Part shown: piece after piece, positions 40,234-49,230 of the stretch
Layout of the letters: the number at the start of each line of letters is the position of its first letter
Numbering within the stretch: the stretch's first letter is position 1
Notes under the pieces: model-generated
The model's input: only the letters and a program-made list of their open reading frames with translations
What the model was told of the DNA's origin: nothing
Databases searched by the model: none
Translations under genes and position numbers: made by a program
Assembly (NCBI GenBank): GCA_038202885.1
Contig: JBBREP010000007.1
Location: forward strand, 12,327 to 76,326
Direction: 5' to 3'
Length of the DNA stretch: 64,000 bases
DNA from: Acidimicrobiia bacterium
GTDB lineage: Bacteria; Actinomycetota; Acidimicrobiia; IMCC26256; PALSA-610

Positions 40234-40710
40234 TTGGTAGACCAGCCTGAATACGCGATTGACGGTTCCAAGATCTACCGCACCACCATCACCCTTGCTG
40301 CTGGCCCCATCGTGATGGACCTCGACCCGCAGCTCGCCGCGAACACGGTCAACAATTTCGTCGGGCTCGCGCGCCAGGGCTATTACGACGGCCTCACGTT
40401 TCACCGTGTCGTTCCCGATTTCGTCGTGCAAGGCGGTTGCCCGCAGGGCTCGGGTGCCGGCGGGCCGGGCTACAAGTTCCGTGACGAGCCGGTGCAGGGC
40501 GAGTACACGCTCGGTGCCGTCGCCATGGCGAACGCGGGCAAGCACACGAACGGCTCGCAGTTCTTCATCTGCATCGACGACTGCACCCGCAAGCTGACCA
40601 AGGACTACAACCTGTTCGGTTACGTGGTCGAGGGCATGGACGTGGCGCTCGGCGTCAAGGTCGGCGACGTCATGCAGACCGTCGTCGTCGAAGAAATCGA
40701 CCGCCCCTAA
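40234..40710 (+). CDS. Cyclophilin-type peptidylprolyl isomerase
   Basis: FHRVVPDFVVQGG, AMANAG..TNGSQFF; GAGGAG SD before TTG. Confidence 0.93.
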   Translation: MVDQPEYAIDGSKIYRTTITLAAGPIVMDLDPQLAANTVNNFVGLARQGYYDGLTFHRVVPDFVVQGGCPQGSGAGGPGYKFRDEPVQGEYTLGAVAMANAGKHTNGSQFFICIDDCTRKLTKDYNLFGYVVEGMDVALGVKVGDVMQTVVVEEIDRP

Positions 40711-40724
40711 ACAACGCACCGCAT

Positions 40725-41636
40725 CTAGGCTTCGGCGACCTCGAGCATGGCGGCGTGTTCCACGCCGATGGCGCGCTTTTTGATCGCATCCCCACGGGCG
40801 ATGTGGACGAGTTCGGCGATGAGCGGTACTGCGCAGACCGCCAGGACGATCTCGAGCAGTCCGTTGCTCGCGTTCAGCATCTTGAGCGCCGAGAACACCA
40901 GTGCGAAGATGATGACGGGGCGGATGTAGGCGTCGTTCGCCTTCGCCGACATCCGAGCGCCGAGGTACACCGCGGGCACCGCACCGATGAGCAACGATGA
41001 CGTCGTCGAGAATTGCAGGTGACCCCACAGTGCGATGCCGAGCGTCGCGCTGCCGATGAGCGGGATCGCCTGCACGAGGTCGGTGCCTACCAGTTCACGA
41101 GTTGAAATGCGCGGGTAGAGCACCATCAGCAGCACGACCATGAGCGAACCCGAACCCACCGACGTGAGCCCGACGATGAAGCCGCCGACGACGCCGATGC
41201 ACACCGTTGGAAGGATTTTGACCGGCAGCGTTCCGGGCGCGGCGTGTTCCCGCGGCATGCGCGTGCTGACGACGGCCTTGGCGATCATCGCCAAGGCGGC
41301 GATGACGAGCACCCATCCGAGAATCTTCTTGACCGTGGTGTCGACGTCGCCACCGATATGGGTGATCGTGTACACACCGACGATTGCCGCCGGCATCGAT
41401 CCGAGGCTGAGCCAACCGACCAGCCGGCGGTTGACGGTGCCCGAGCGCAGGTGGACCGCGCCGCCGATCGGCTTCAGCACGAGCGACGCGACGATGTCGG
41501 TCGACACGGCCGCCAGAGGATTCACGTTGAGCATGATCAGCAGCGGCGTGAGCAAGGCGCCGCCACCGACCCCGGTGAGGCCGATGACGAAGCCGGCGAT
41601 GAGCCCGGCCAGGGCGATGGCGAAGTCGATATGCAC
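40725..41636 (-). CDS. TSUP (TauE/SafE) transporter
   Basis: GLTGVGGG, GLTSVGSG, LVGTD. Confidence 0.9.
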   Translation of the reverse strand: MHIDFAIALAGLIAGFVIGLTGVGGGALLTPLLIMLNVNPLAAVSTDIVASLVLKPIGGAVHLRSGTVNRRLVGWLSLGSMPAAIVGVYTITHIGGDVDTTVKKILGWVLVIAALAMIAKAVVSTRMPREHAAPGTLPVKILPTVCIGVVGGFIVGLTSVGSGSLMVVLLMVLYPRISTRELVGTDLVQAIPLIGSATLGIALWGHLQFSTTSSLLIGAVPAVYLGARMSAKANDAYIRPVIIFALVFSALKMLNASNGLLEIVLAVCAVPLIAELVHIARGDAIKKRAIGVEHAAMLEVAEA

Positions 41637-41661
41637 GAACGCAGTCCTCGGCGAAAACGAT

Positions 41662-41729
41662 AGTCAACTGAAGTGGTCGACAAAGTAGACAACATGGGTA
41701 CGAGGAAAGTCAAGTGCTTTGGTCGACAA
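41662..41729. promoter_or_regulatory. Two candidate Rrf2 operator boxes
   Basis: AGTCAACTGAAGTGGTCGACAA (41662-41683) and AGTCAAGTGCTTTGGTCGACAA (41708-41729), 18/22 identical. Confidence 0.6.
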
Positions 41730-41758
41730 GCGCGAGGATGTGACCAAGGAGGTTCGGC

Positions 41759-42214
41759 ATGCGGATCACGGCCAAGGCTGACTATGCGGTGCGAGCGGCG
41801 GCGGTGCTCGCCGCAGCTGAGCCCGGCGTGCCGGTGAAAGGGGAGGCGATCGCCACCGCCCAGCGGATCCCACTGAACTTCTTGGAGAACATTCTGCGCG
41901 AGCTTCGCCGGGCCGGGATCATCCGCACCCAGCGCGGGGCCGACGGCGGCTACCTCCTGGCGGTGGCGGCGAACACCGTGAGCGTCGCTGACGTGATCCG
42001 AGCCGTGGAGGGTCCGTTGGCCGCGATTCAAGGGGTGCGGCCCGATCAGCTCCATTACGACGGCGCGGCCGCGGCCTTGGCCGACGTCTGGGTCGCGATG
42101 CGGGCGAGCCTGCGTTCGGTGCTCGAGAACGTCACGCTGGCCGACATCGCACGCGGAGAACTTCCGAAATCGGTCAAGCGCTTGGTCAACGATGCGGAGG
42201 CGTGGCAGCCATGA
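41759..42214 (+). CDS. Rrf2 family regulator (Cys-free, CymR-like)
   Basis: AKADYAVRA, RG..GGY.L, DVIRAVEG; no Cys residues. Confidence 0.92.
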   Translation: MRITAKADYAVRAAAVLAAAEPGVPVKGEAIATAQRIPLNFLENILRELRRAGIIRTQRGADGGYLLAVAANTVSVADVIRAVEGPLAAIQGVRPDQLHYDGAAAALADVWVAMRASLRSVLENVTLADIARGELPKSVKRLVNDAEAWQP

Positions 42215-42816
42215 GTTTCTTCGACCGGAATCGGAAACAGTTAGCTGCGATGGGTATCGATCCGTCGCGATTGCCGCCGGGGCAGTATCACACCGAACGA
42301 TTTCCTGTCCTCCACGTCGGCGACGTACCGACGATCACTCGCGACCAGTTCACGCTGGCGGTCTTCGGTGAGGTCGAGCGGCCAACCACGTTTTCGTTCG
42401 CCGATCTCGAAGCGCTCGGTCCCGTCGAGCTCACCTTCGATATCCATTGCGTCACGAAATGGTCGCGCTTCGACACAACGTGGAAAGGCGTGCGGTTTGT
42501 CGACCTCATGCACACAGTGGGCGTGAAGCCCTCGGCCCGCCATGTGATCGAGCACGCGGTCTACGGCTACACCACCAACGTGCCGCTGGCCGACTGCATG
42601 CGCGACAACGTGCTCGTCGCGTGGGAACACGGCGGCGTGCCGCTCGAAGCCGAGCACGGTGGACCGGTGCGGCTCGTCGTGCCGCACCTCTACTTCTGGA
42701 AGTCGGCGAAGTGGCTCGAAGGTATCGAGCTGCGAGTCGACGATCAGCCGGGTTTCTGGGAGCAGAACGGCTACCACAATTACGGCGACCCGTTTCTTGA
42801 GCAGCGGTTCTCGTAG
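42211..42816 (+). CDS. Sulfite oxidase-like molybdopterin oxidoreductase
   Basis: RLPPGQ, DIHCVTKWS, HGGPVRL, WKSAKW, GFWE.NGYH. Confidence 0.9.
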   Translation: MSFFDRNRKQLAAMGIDPSRLPPGQYHTERFPVLHVGDVPTITRDQFTLAVFGEVERPTTFSFADLEALGPVELTFDIHCVTKWSRFDTTWKGVRFVDLMHTVGVKPSARHVIEHAVYGYTTNVPLADCMRDNVLVAWEHGGVPLEAEHGGPVRLVVPHLYFWKSAKWLEGIELRVDDQPGFWEQNGYHNYGDPFLEQRFS

Positions 42817-42836
42817 TCAAACGGCGCGAGCGGCGA

Positions 42837-42881
42837 CCATTGGTACTTGGCTTGCAATAGTTACGCCTCAAGTACCAATGG
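42837..42881. repeat. 13-bp perfect inverted repeat
   Basis: CCATTGGTACTTG-N19-CAAGTACCAATGG. Confidence 0.85.
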
Positions 42882-42919
42882 ACGCGCTGCCGCGGCGGTC
42901 CGCCCGTAGGATCAGCGTT

Positions 42920-43612
42920 GTGGGCATTGCCGCCATCATCGTCATCGCCGTCGCCATCATCGGCGCGATCGGGTACTTCGCGTGGAAGAAGCGCCAGGCC
43001 GAGATCGCGGCGCTGGCCGCACTGGCGGCCAGCCTCGGGTTGCAGTACTCACAGAGCGACCCGGGCAACGTGCTCGCGATGCCGTTCAAGTTCCTGCGGC
43101 AAGGCGATGAGCAGAAGGTGCGCGACTTCCTCGTGGGCACGCACGACGGCCGCGATCTGCAGCTGTTCGACTTCGACGCCATCACCGAAACGCGCAGTAC
43201 CAACGCGCAGGGCATGACGACCACTTCGCACTCGCATCATCACTACACGTGCGGGACGATCACGATGGCGGCGGCGTGTCCGGAGCTCAGGATCGGCCAG
43301 GAGAACTTCTTGTCGCGCCTCGGCAGCCATATCGGTGTGCACGATGTCGAGTTCGAATCGGCCGAGTTCAACAAGGAATTCCGTGTGCACTGCGACGACC
43401 AGCGGTTCGCGTTCTCTCTCATCGACGCGCGGATGATGGAGTGGCTACTCACCGCCGCGGGTTCGGTTCCCGCGATCGAAGTCGTTGGGCCGTTCGTGTT
43501 CCTTGCCGTGAATCGCATGAATCCGTCGGAGTGGTCGAGCCTGCTCGAGTGGTTCGACCAGTTCCTTGCCCATGTGCCCGAAGTCGTCTACTCCACCTAC
43601 CCGCCGAGGTGA
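42920..43612 (+). CDS. Membrane-anchored LemA partner (DUF3137-like)
   Basis: N-terminal TM; DVEFES.EFN..F.V, RMMEWLL. Confidence 0.7.
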   Translation: MGIAAIIVIAVAIIGAIGYFAWKKRQAEIAALAALAASLGLQYSQSDPGNVLAMPFKFLRQGDEQKVRDFLVGTHDGRDLQLFDFDAITETRSTNAQGMTTTSHSHHHYTCGTITMAAACPELRIGQENFLSRLGSHIGVHDVEFESAEFNKEFRVHCDDQRFAFSLIDARMMEWLLTAAGSVPAIEVVGPFVFLAVNRMNPSEWSSLLEWFDQFLAHVPEVVYSTYPPR

Positions 43613-43616
43613 CGCC

Positions 43617-44171
43617 ATGGGCATAGCGATCATCCTCATCGTCATCTTCGTCGTGGTCGCGCTCGTGCCGTTGTTCGTGTTCAACGGTCTTGTGCGGGCG
43701 CGCAACCTCGTCACGAACTCATGGGCGCTGGTCGACACCGAGCTGCAACGCCGCCACGATCTCGTGCCCAATCTCGTCGCGACCGTCAAGGGCTACGCGG
43801 CGCACGAACAAGGAGTGTTCGACGCGCTCACCAAGGCTCGAGCCGATGCGGTGGCAGCCGGACCCGACGCGGCGCAACGCACCGAGAGTGAGACCGCACT
43901 CGTCGGTGGGCTCGGCCGACTCTTCGCAGTCGCTGAGGCCTACCCGGATCTCAAAGCGAACGAGGAGTTCCTCGCGCTCCAGCGTCAACTCGTCGACACC
44001 GAGGACCGCATCGCGGTGGCCCGGCGCGTGTACAACGCGAACGTGCGCGACTACAACACGCGGATCCAGTCGTTCCCTGGCCTGGTGTTCGCTGGAAGCG
44101 GCCGCTTCGCCGTGGCGGCGCCGTTCGACGTGGGCGAGAGCATCCGCAACGAGGCGCCTCCAGCCGTGTGA
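43617..44171 (+). CDS. lemA: LemA family protein
   Basis: ELQRRHDLVPNLV.TVKGY, EAYPDLKA, ARRVYN. Confidence 0.93.
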   Translation: MGIAIILIVIFVVVALVPLFVFNGLVRARNLVTNSWALVDTELQRRHDLVPNLVATVKGYAAHEQGVFDALTKARADAVAAGPDAAQRTESETALVGGLGRLFAVAEAYPDLKANEEFLALQRQLVDTEDRIAVARRVYNANVRDYNTRIQSFPGLVFAGSGRFAVAAPFDVGESIRNEAPPAV

Positions 44172-44191
44172 GCCGGCCTCCCGGCCCCGAG

Positions 44192-44226
44192 TTGTCAAGG
44201 TGGCGCAATACAAGTACGATACAAGT
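44192..44226 (+). promoter_or_regulatory. Sigma-70 promoter with ATACAAGT direct repeats
   Basis: TTGTCA-N17-TACGAT, 6 nt before GTG; ATACAAGT at 44208 and 44219. Confidence 0.7.
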
Positions 44227-44970
44227 GTGATGCGGTATCTCGAAGTGGCCGACAACCTGCGCGAGCGACTCGCGCGGGGCGAGGTCGCCGCCGGCGGGGC
44301 CCTGCCCTCGGAAGCCGAGATCGGCGCCGAGTGCGGCGCCAGCCGGGTCACGATACGCCGCGCCCTGGAACAGCTGCGCGGCGAAGGGCTCGTGACGAGC
44401 CGGCGGGGGAGTGGCTGGTTCGTCGCCCACGACCCGGTGCGTCAAGCGCTCGGGAGGGTCACCACCGTCGAGGCCGCGCTCGAGGCCGCCGGCGCGCGCC
44501 CCGAGCGGTACGTACTCGAGTTTGCGTTCGAAGCGGCGTCGGCCGTGGTCGCCGAGGCCCTCGGACTCGCGCGCGACGCCGAGGTGTTGCGAGTGCTTCG
44601 TCTCAACCTCGCCGACGGCGAACCGTTCGCGCTCGTGACGGTGTGGGTCCCCGGCGAACTTGGCCACTACTTGTCGCGCGCCGAAGTCGAGGTCGCCACG
44701 TTTTACGACCTGCTGCCGTTGCGGGGTGTCGCGCTCGGCCGCGCCGTGCAACAAATCGGCGCGGACATCGCGTCGGCCGACGACGCCCGCCACCTCCATG
44801 TGGCCAAGGGGTCGGCCGTGCTCACCGCTCGGCGCATCACGAACGATTGCTCGGGCAACCCCGTGATCTTCTCGTTGCACCGCTATCCCGCGCACCGCAC
44901 CTCGATCGAGATCGAGCTGCCGTCGCTAGCCTTCGAAACCGCCACCCACACTGGAGCCCGTCATGGCTGA
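44227..44970 (+). CDS. GntR family regulator with UTRA domain (HutC subfamily)
   Basis: LPSE, SRVTIRRAL, G.GWFV; UTRA-like C-terminus. Confidence 0.92.
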   Translation: MMRYLEVADNLRERLARGEVAAGGALPSEAEIGAECGASRVTIRRALEQLRGEGLVTSRRGSGWFVAHDPVRQALGRVTTVEAALEAAGARPERYVLEFAFEAASAVVAEALGLARDAEVLRVLRLNLADGEPFALVTVWVPGELGHYLSRAEVEVATFYDLLPLRGVALGRAVQQIGADIASADDARHLHVAKGSAVLTARRITNDCSGNPVIFSLHRYPAHRTSIEIELPSLAFETATHTGARHG

Positions 44971-47251
44971 TCAACAAGCACACGTAGGACCAAGCACGCC
45001 CGCCTCGCTCGTGCAACACGCGTACGAACGACTGGCGAGCAGCGCAACCGTTGCGCGCGAACGACTCGGACGACCGATCACGTTCGCCGAGAAGGTGTTG
45101 TTCGGCCACGCCGACAACGTGGCCACGATCGGCCTCGGGCGCGGTGTCGACTACAGCGACTATCGCCCCGACCGCGTTGCGATGCAAGATGCCACGGCGC
45201 AAATGGCGCTCCTCCAGTTCATGCTCGCGAAGATGCCGAGCACGGCCGTGCCCACCACGGTGCACTGCGACCACCTCATCCAGGCTCGCGTGGGCGCCGC
45301 CGCCGATATGAAGGTGGCGCTCGACATCAACAGCGAGGTCTACGACTTCTTGCGCACGGTTTCGGCGAAATACGGCATCGGTTTTTGGAAGCCGGGCAGC
45401 GGCATCATCCACCAGGTCGTGCTCGAGAACTACGCCTTCCCGGGCGGGATGATGATCGGCACCGACTCGCACACTCCCAACGCCGGCGGGCTCGGCATGG
45501 TGGCGATCGGTGTGGGCGGCGCCGACGCGGTCGACGTGATGGCGGGGTGGCCCTTCAACACACGCGTGCCCAAGCTGATTGGTGTGCACCTCACCGGCTC
45601 GCTGTCGGGATGGGCCGCACCCAAGGACATCATCTTGAAGGTCGCCGGCATCCTCACGGTGAAGGGTGGCACCGGTGCCATCGTCGAGTACTTCGGTCCC
45701 GGCGCCGAATCGATCAGCGCCACCGGCAAGGCAACGGTGTGCAACATGGGCGCCGAGATTGGTGCGACGTGCTCGGTGTTCGCCTACGACGCGCACACCG
45801 CGCAATACCTGAAGGCGACGCGCCGCGAGGACCTCGCTGATCTGGCTGACCGTTACGCCGAACTCTTGCGCAACGACGCCGAGGTGACCGCCGACCCCGA
45901 GCGTTACTACGACCGGGTGATCGAGATCGATCTTTCTGAACTCGGACCGCACCTCGTTGGTCCGCACACGCCCGACCTCGACCGTCCGATTGGCGACATG
46001 GCGGCGGCGGTGCGGGCTGAGGGCTACCCCGTCGAGATCAGTTCCGCCCTCGTCGGTTCGTGCACGAACTCCTCCTATGAGGACATCGGTCGTGCGGCGA
46101 ACATCGCGCGCCAAGCTTCGGCGAAGGGCATGCGTGTGAAGACACCGTTGCTCATCACGCCCGGTTCGGAGCAGGTGCGCGCCACGATCGAGCGCGACGG
46201 TCTGCTTGCCGACCTCGAGGCGATCGGCGCGACTGTGCTCGCCAACGCGTGTGGCCCGTGCATCGGTCAATGGCAGCGCGACGACGTGCCGAAGGGCACG
46301 CGCAACACGATCGTGTCGAGTTTCAACCGCAACTTCCCGGCCCGTAACGACGGCAACAAGGAGACGTTGTCGTTCATCGGGTCACCCGACACGGTCGTCG
46401 CCTTGGCGCTGAGCGGCCGACTCGACTTCGATTTCACGAGCCAGCCACTGGTGGCACCCGACGGTTCCGAAGTGCGCCTCGAAGCGCCTTTTGCCGACGA
46501 TCTGCCGTCGCGGGGCTTCGATCAGGGTGCCTCGGGCTTTGTTCCGCCTGCGGCCGATCCCGACGCGGTCACGGTCGTGGTGGCGCCCGGTAGCGACCGT
46601 CTCGAACTCCTCACGCCGTTCGCGGCCTGGGACGGCCGTGACTTCGCCGGTCTGCGCGTCTTGCTCAAGGCCAAGGGAAAGTGCACGACCGACCACATCT
46701 CGCCTGCCGGCCCATGGCTCACCTACCGGGGTCACCTCACCAACATCTCGGGCAACATGTTCCTCGGTGCGAACAACGCCTTCGCTGACAAGGAGCCCGG
46801 GCTCGGTGTCGACGTGCGTGACGGTTCGGTCAAGGCATTGCCCGAACTCGCGCGTGAGTACAAGGCCGCGGGCATCGCGTGGCTCGCGGTCGGCGACGAG
46901 AACTGGGGTGAAGGCTCGTCGCGCGAGCACGCCGCCATGGAACCGCGGTACATGGGCTGCAAGGCGATCCTCGTGCGATCCTTCGCCCGCATTCACGAAG
47001 CCAACCTGAAAAAGCAAGGTGTGCTGCCGCTGACGTTTGGCGACCCGGCCGACTACGACAAGGTGCAGGTCGACGACACGGTCGATGTCACCGGACTCGC
47101 GGCCCTCGCTCCGGGTTCGCAGATCACGGTGGTGCTGCACCACGCTGATGGCAGTCACGACGACGTGGTGTGCAACCACACGATGAGCGACGAGCACATC
47201 GGCTGGTTCCGAGCCGGTTCGGCGCTCAACTTGCTGGCCACCAGGACCTGA
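44963..47251 (+). CDS. Aconitate hydratase, mitochondrial-type
   Basis: DRVAMQDATAQMA, HCDH, TDSHT, GSCTNSSYED, ACGPCIGQW, GEGSSREHAA; 762 aa. Confidence 0.93.
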   Translation: MADQQAHVGPSTPASLVQHAYERLASSATVARERLGRPITFAEKVLFGHADNVATIGLGRGVDYSDYRPDRVAMQDATAQMALLQFMLAKMPSTAVPTTVHCDHLIQARVGAAADMKVALDINSEVYDFLRTVSAKYGIGFWKPGSGIIHQVVLENYAFPGGMMIGTDSHTPNAGGLGMVAIGVGGADAVDVMAGWPFNTRVPKLIGVHLTGSLSGWAAPKDIILKVAGILTVKGGTGAIVEYFGPGAESISATGKATVCNMGAEIGATCSVFAYDAHTAQYLKATRREDLADLADRYAELLRNDAEVTADPERYYDRVIEIDLSELGPHLVGPHTPDLDRPIGDMAAAVRAEGYPVEISSALVGSCTNSSYEDIGRAANIARQASAKGMRVKTPLLITPGSEQVRATIERDGLLADLEAIGATVLANACGPCIGQWQRDDVPKGTRNTIVSSFNRNFPARNDGNKETLSFIGSPDTVVALALSGRLDFDFTSQPLVAPDGSEVRLEAPFADDLPSRGFDQGASGFVPPAADPDAVTVVVAPGSDRLELLTPFAAWDGRDFAGLRVLLKAKGKCTTDHISPAGPWLTYRGHLTNISGNMFLGANNAFADKEPGLGVDVRDGSVKALPELAREYKAAGIAWLAVGDENWGEGSSREHAAMEPRYMGCKAILVRSFARIHEANLKKQGVLPLTFGDPADYDKVQVDDTVDVTGLAALAPGSQITVVLHHADGSHDDVVCNHTMSDEHIGWFRAGSALNLLATRT

Positions 47252-47255
47252 TAAC

Positions 47256-47310
47256 CCGACCGTTTGCCGCTCCGGCGGCACGGGCGACGGTCAGATCGGC
47301 ACACGGTCGG
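47256..47310. terminator. Hairpin between convergent genes
   Basis: CCGACCGTTTGCCG / CGGCACACGGTCGG, 14 bp with 1 mismatch; no U-tract. Confidence 0.5.
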
Positions 47311-47337
47311 CTCCGATGTTCCCAACGGGTGCGAGAC

Positions 47338-48450
47338 TTACGCGCGCAGGTCGCGCAGCCTTGTGACGACGTCGGCGAACGCCTTGGCGAAGTGATCCAC
47401 GTCCGCGTCGGTCGACGACCACCCCACCGAAACACGCAACGAGTGTTGGGCATCCACACCCATCGCGACCAGCACGGGCGACGGCTCCCATGCTTCGGAT
47501 GAACACGCCGAACCTGAATGCACCGCCACGCCGCGCTGGTCGAGTCCGAGCAGAATCGGTTCGGCCTCGACGCCCCGAACACCCAGGCAGACGACATGCG
47601 GGACCGAGCCTTCGGGTGAGGTGTCACCGAACTGCTCGACCCCGTCGACCGCGTTCGTAGCCGCGCGGAGCCGCTCCGTGAGGCGTCGCTCGTGCGCAGC
47701 TTCGGTGTCGAGCACGATCGCCGAGCACGCCGCGCCGAAACCGACGCACGCAGCAACGTTCTCGAAGCCGCCGCGCCGGGCGCGTTCCTGGGCGCCACCC
47801 ACGACAAAGGGTGCAATGCGCAGCCCGCGGCGCACGAGCAGCGCAGCCGCGCCGGGTGGGCCGCCGAGCTTGTGCGCGGTCACCGAGCACAGATCGGCGC
47901 TGAGCGCAGAGAATGACAGGGCCACATGGCCGGCGGCGGCGCACGCGTCGACGTGCACGCGGGCGCCGTGGGCGCGCAGGACCGCGGCGATTTCGGCCAC
48001 AGGCTGGATCGTGCCCACCTCGTGGTTCGCGAGCTGCACGCTCACCAGCGCGGTGTCGTCGCGCACGGCTGCGACCACATCGGCGGCGCTGACTCGTCCG
48101 TGATGATCGACACCAACGACCGTGCAGTCGGCCTCGGCCCGGTCGAGCGCGTCGCGCACCGCCGAGTGCTCGACTTCCGTGGTCACGACGTGTGCGCCGG
48201 GTGCGACCCACCAGTGTGCGGCGTTGATCGCCTCGGTGCCCGACGAACAGAACACGACCTCACGTGGTCGGGCGCCAAGGAACGCCGCTACTTGTTCGCG
48301 TGCCGTCTCCAACGCAACGCGCGTCACGCGCCCTTCCGCGTGTAAGCGACCAGGGTCGCCGGGTGCGTCGCGCAACAGTTCGAGCATCGCCTCGAACGCG
48401 GCGGGGCGGATCGGTGTGGATGACGCGTGGTCGAGGTACGCGCGGGCCAT
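47338..48450 (-). CDS. iscS: Cysteine desulfurase (IscS/NifS type)
   Basis: YLDHAS, ANHEVG, TAHKLGGP, SGSACSS. Confidence 0.9.
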   Translation of the reverse strand: MARAYLDHASSTPIRPAAFEAMLELLRDAPGDPGRLHAEGRVTRVALETAREQVAAFLGARPREVVFCSSGTEAINAAHWWVAPGAHVVTTEVEHSAVRDALDRAEADCTVVGVDHHGRVSAADVVAAVRDDTALVSVQLANHEVGTIQPVAEIAAVLRAHGARVHVDACAAAGHVALSFSALSADLCSVTAHKLGGPPGAAALLVRRGLRIAPFVVGGAQERARRGGFENVAACVGFGAACSAIVLDTEAAHERRLTERLRAATNAVDGVEQFGDTSPEGSVPHVVCLGVRGVEAEPILLGLDQRGVAVHSGSACSSEAWEPSPVLVAMGVDAQHSLRVSVGWSSTDADVDHFAKAFADVVTRLRDLRA

Positions 48451-48477
48451 GGTCGTGCTTCGTCAGCGGCGCTTGGG

Positions 48478-49185
48478 TCAGACGCGCGTCACGCAGTGGT
48501 GGTCGCCGTCGGGCCGCGATGCCGTGATCGTCGGCTGCGTCGCGCCGTAGAGGCCTTCGAGCATGCCGCGGATCATGCCGGTGTCGACCGCGCACAGTAC
48601 GTGTGGATACTGCTGCGCAGCCTCGCCGAACGGGCATTGTTCCTGCACGAGCTGCAACACGTTGCCCCGCGATTCGGAATGGGCTGCGAAGCCGTGCGCG
48701 GTCAGTGCGTCGGCGACCGAGGACACCGCGGCCTTCACCGAGCGGTGGCCTTCGGCTGGGTCCATGCGCAACGCGAGCGCGCGCCCGTATTCGTAGCCGA
48801 CCTCTTCGGCGAGCGCACTCGCCTCGTCGCGCGGGAGGCGTCCGAGGGCACGGGCGAGCAACATGCCGAGCAGATCGTCGCGCCGGGGCGGGAACGACAA
48901 CTGCGACGCCGTGTCGGCCGCGAGGTAGATCTTCGACGGCCGTCCCGCGGATTCGTGGCGGGCCATCTCGACGCGTACGTAGCCCCCGCCCGCGAGCTTT
49001 TCGAGGTGATGGCGCGCCACATTGGGGTGCAAAGAAAAGTGCTCCGCAACCTCGGCCGCACGGACTCCGTCGGGCGAGCTGCGCACGAGCAGATAGATGT
49101 CTCGGCGGGTCGGGTCGCCAAACGCCGCGGTCACGGCCATGACGGCTGCCGTGAATTCGTCCGGAGTGAGGTCCGCCGCAGGCAC
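48478..49185 (-). CDS. HTH regulator with C-terminal Cys (SufR/ArsR-like)
   Basis: HPNVARHHLEKL, GRP; CPF...LC.VD...HC. Confidence 0.8.
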   Translation of the reverse strand: MPAADLTPDEFTAAVMAVTAAFGDPTRRDIYLLVRSSPDGVRAAEVAEHFSLHPNVARHHLEKLAGGGYVRVEMARHESAGRPSKIYLAADTASQLSFPPRRDDLLGMLLARALGRLPRDEASALAEEVGYEYGRALALRMDPAEGHRSVKAAVSSVADALTAHGFAAHSESRGNVLQLVQEQCPFGEAAQQYPHVLCAVDTGMIRGMLEGLYGATQPTITASRPDGDHHCVTRV

Positions 49186-49230
49186 CCCGGTATTGTACCT
49201 ATGTCGATAGTGGAAATCCCCGGGAGCGAT

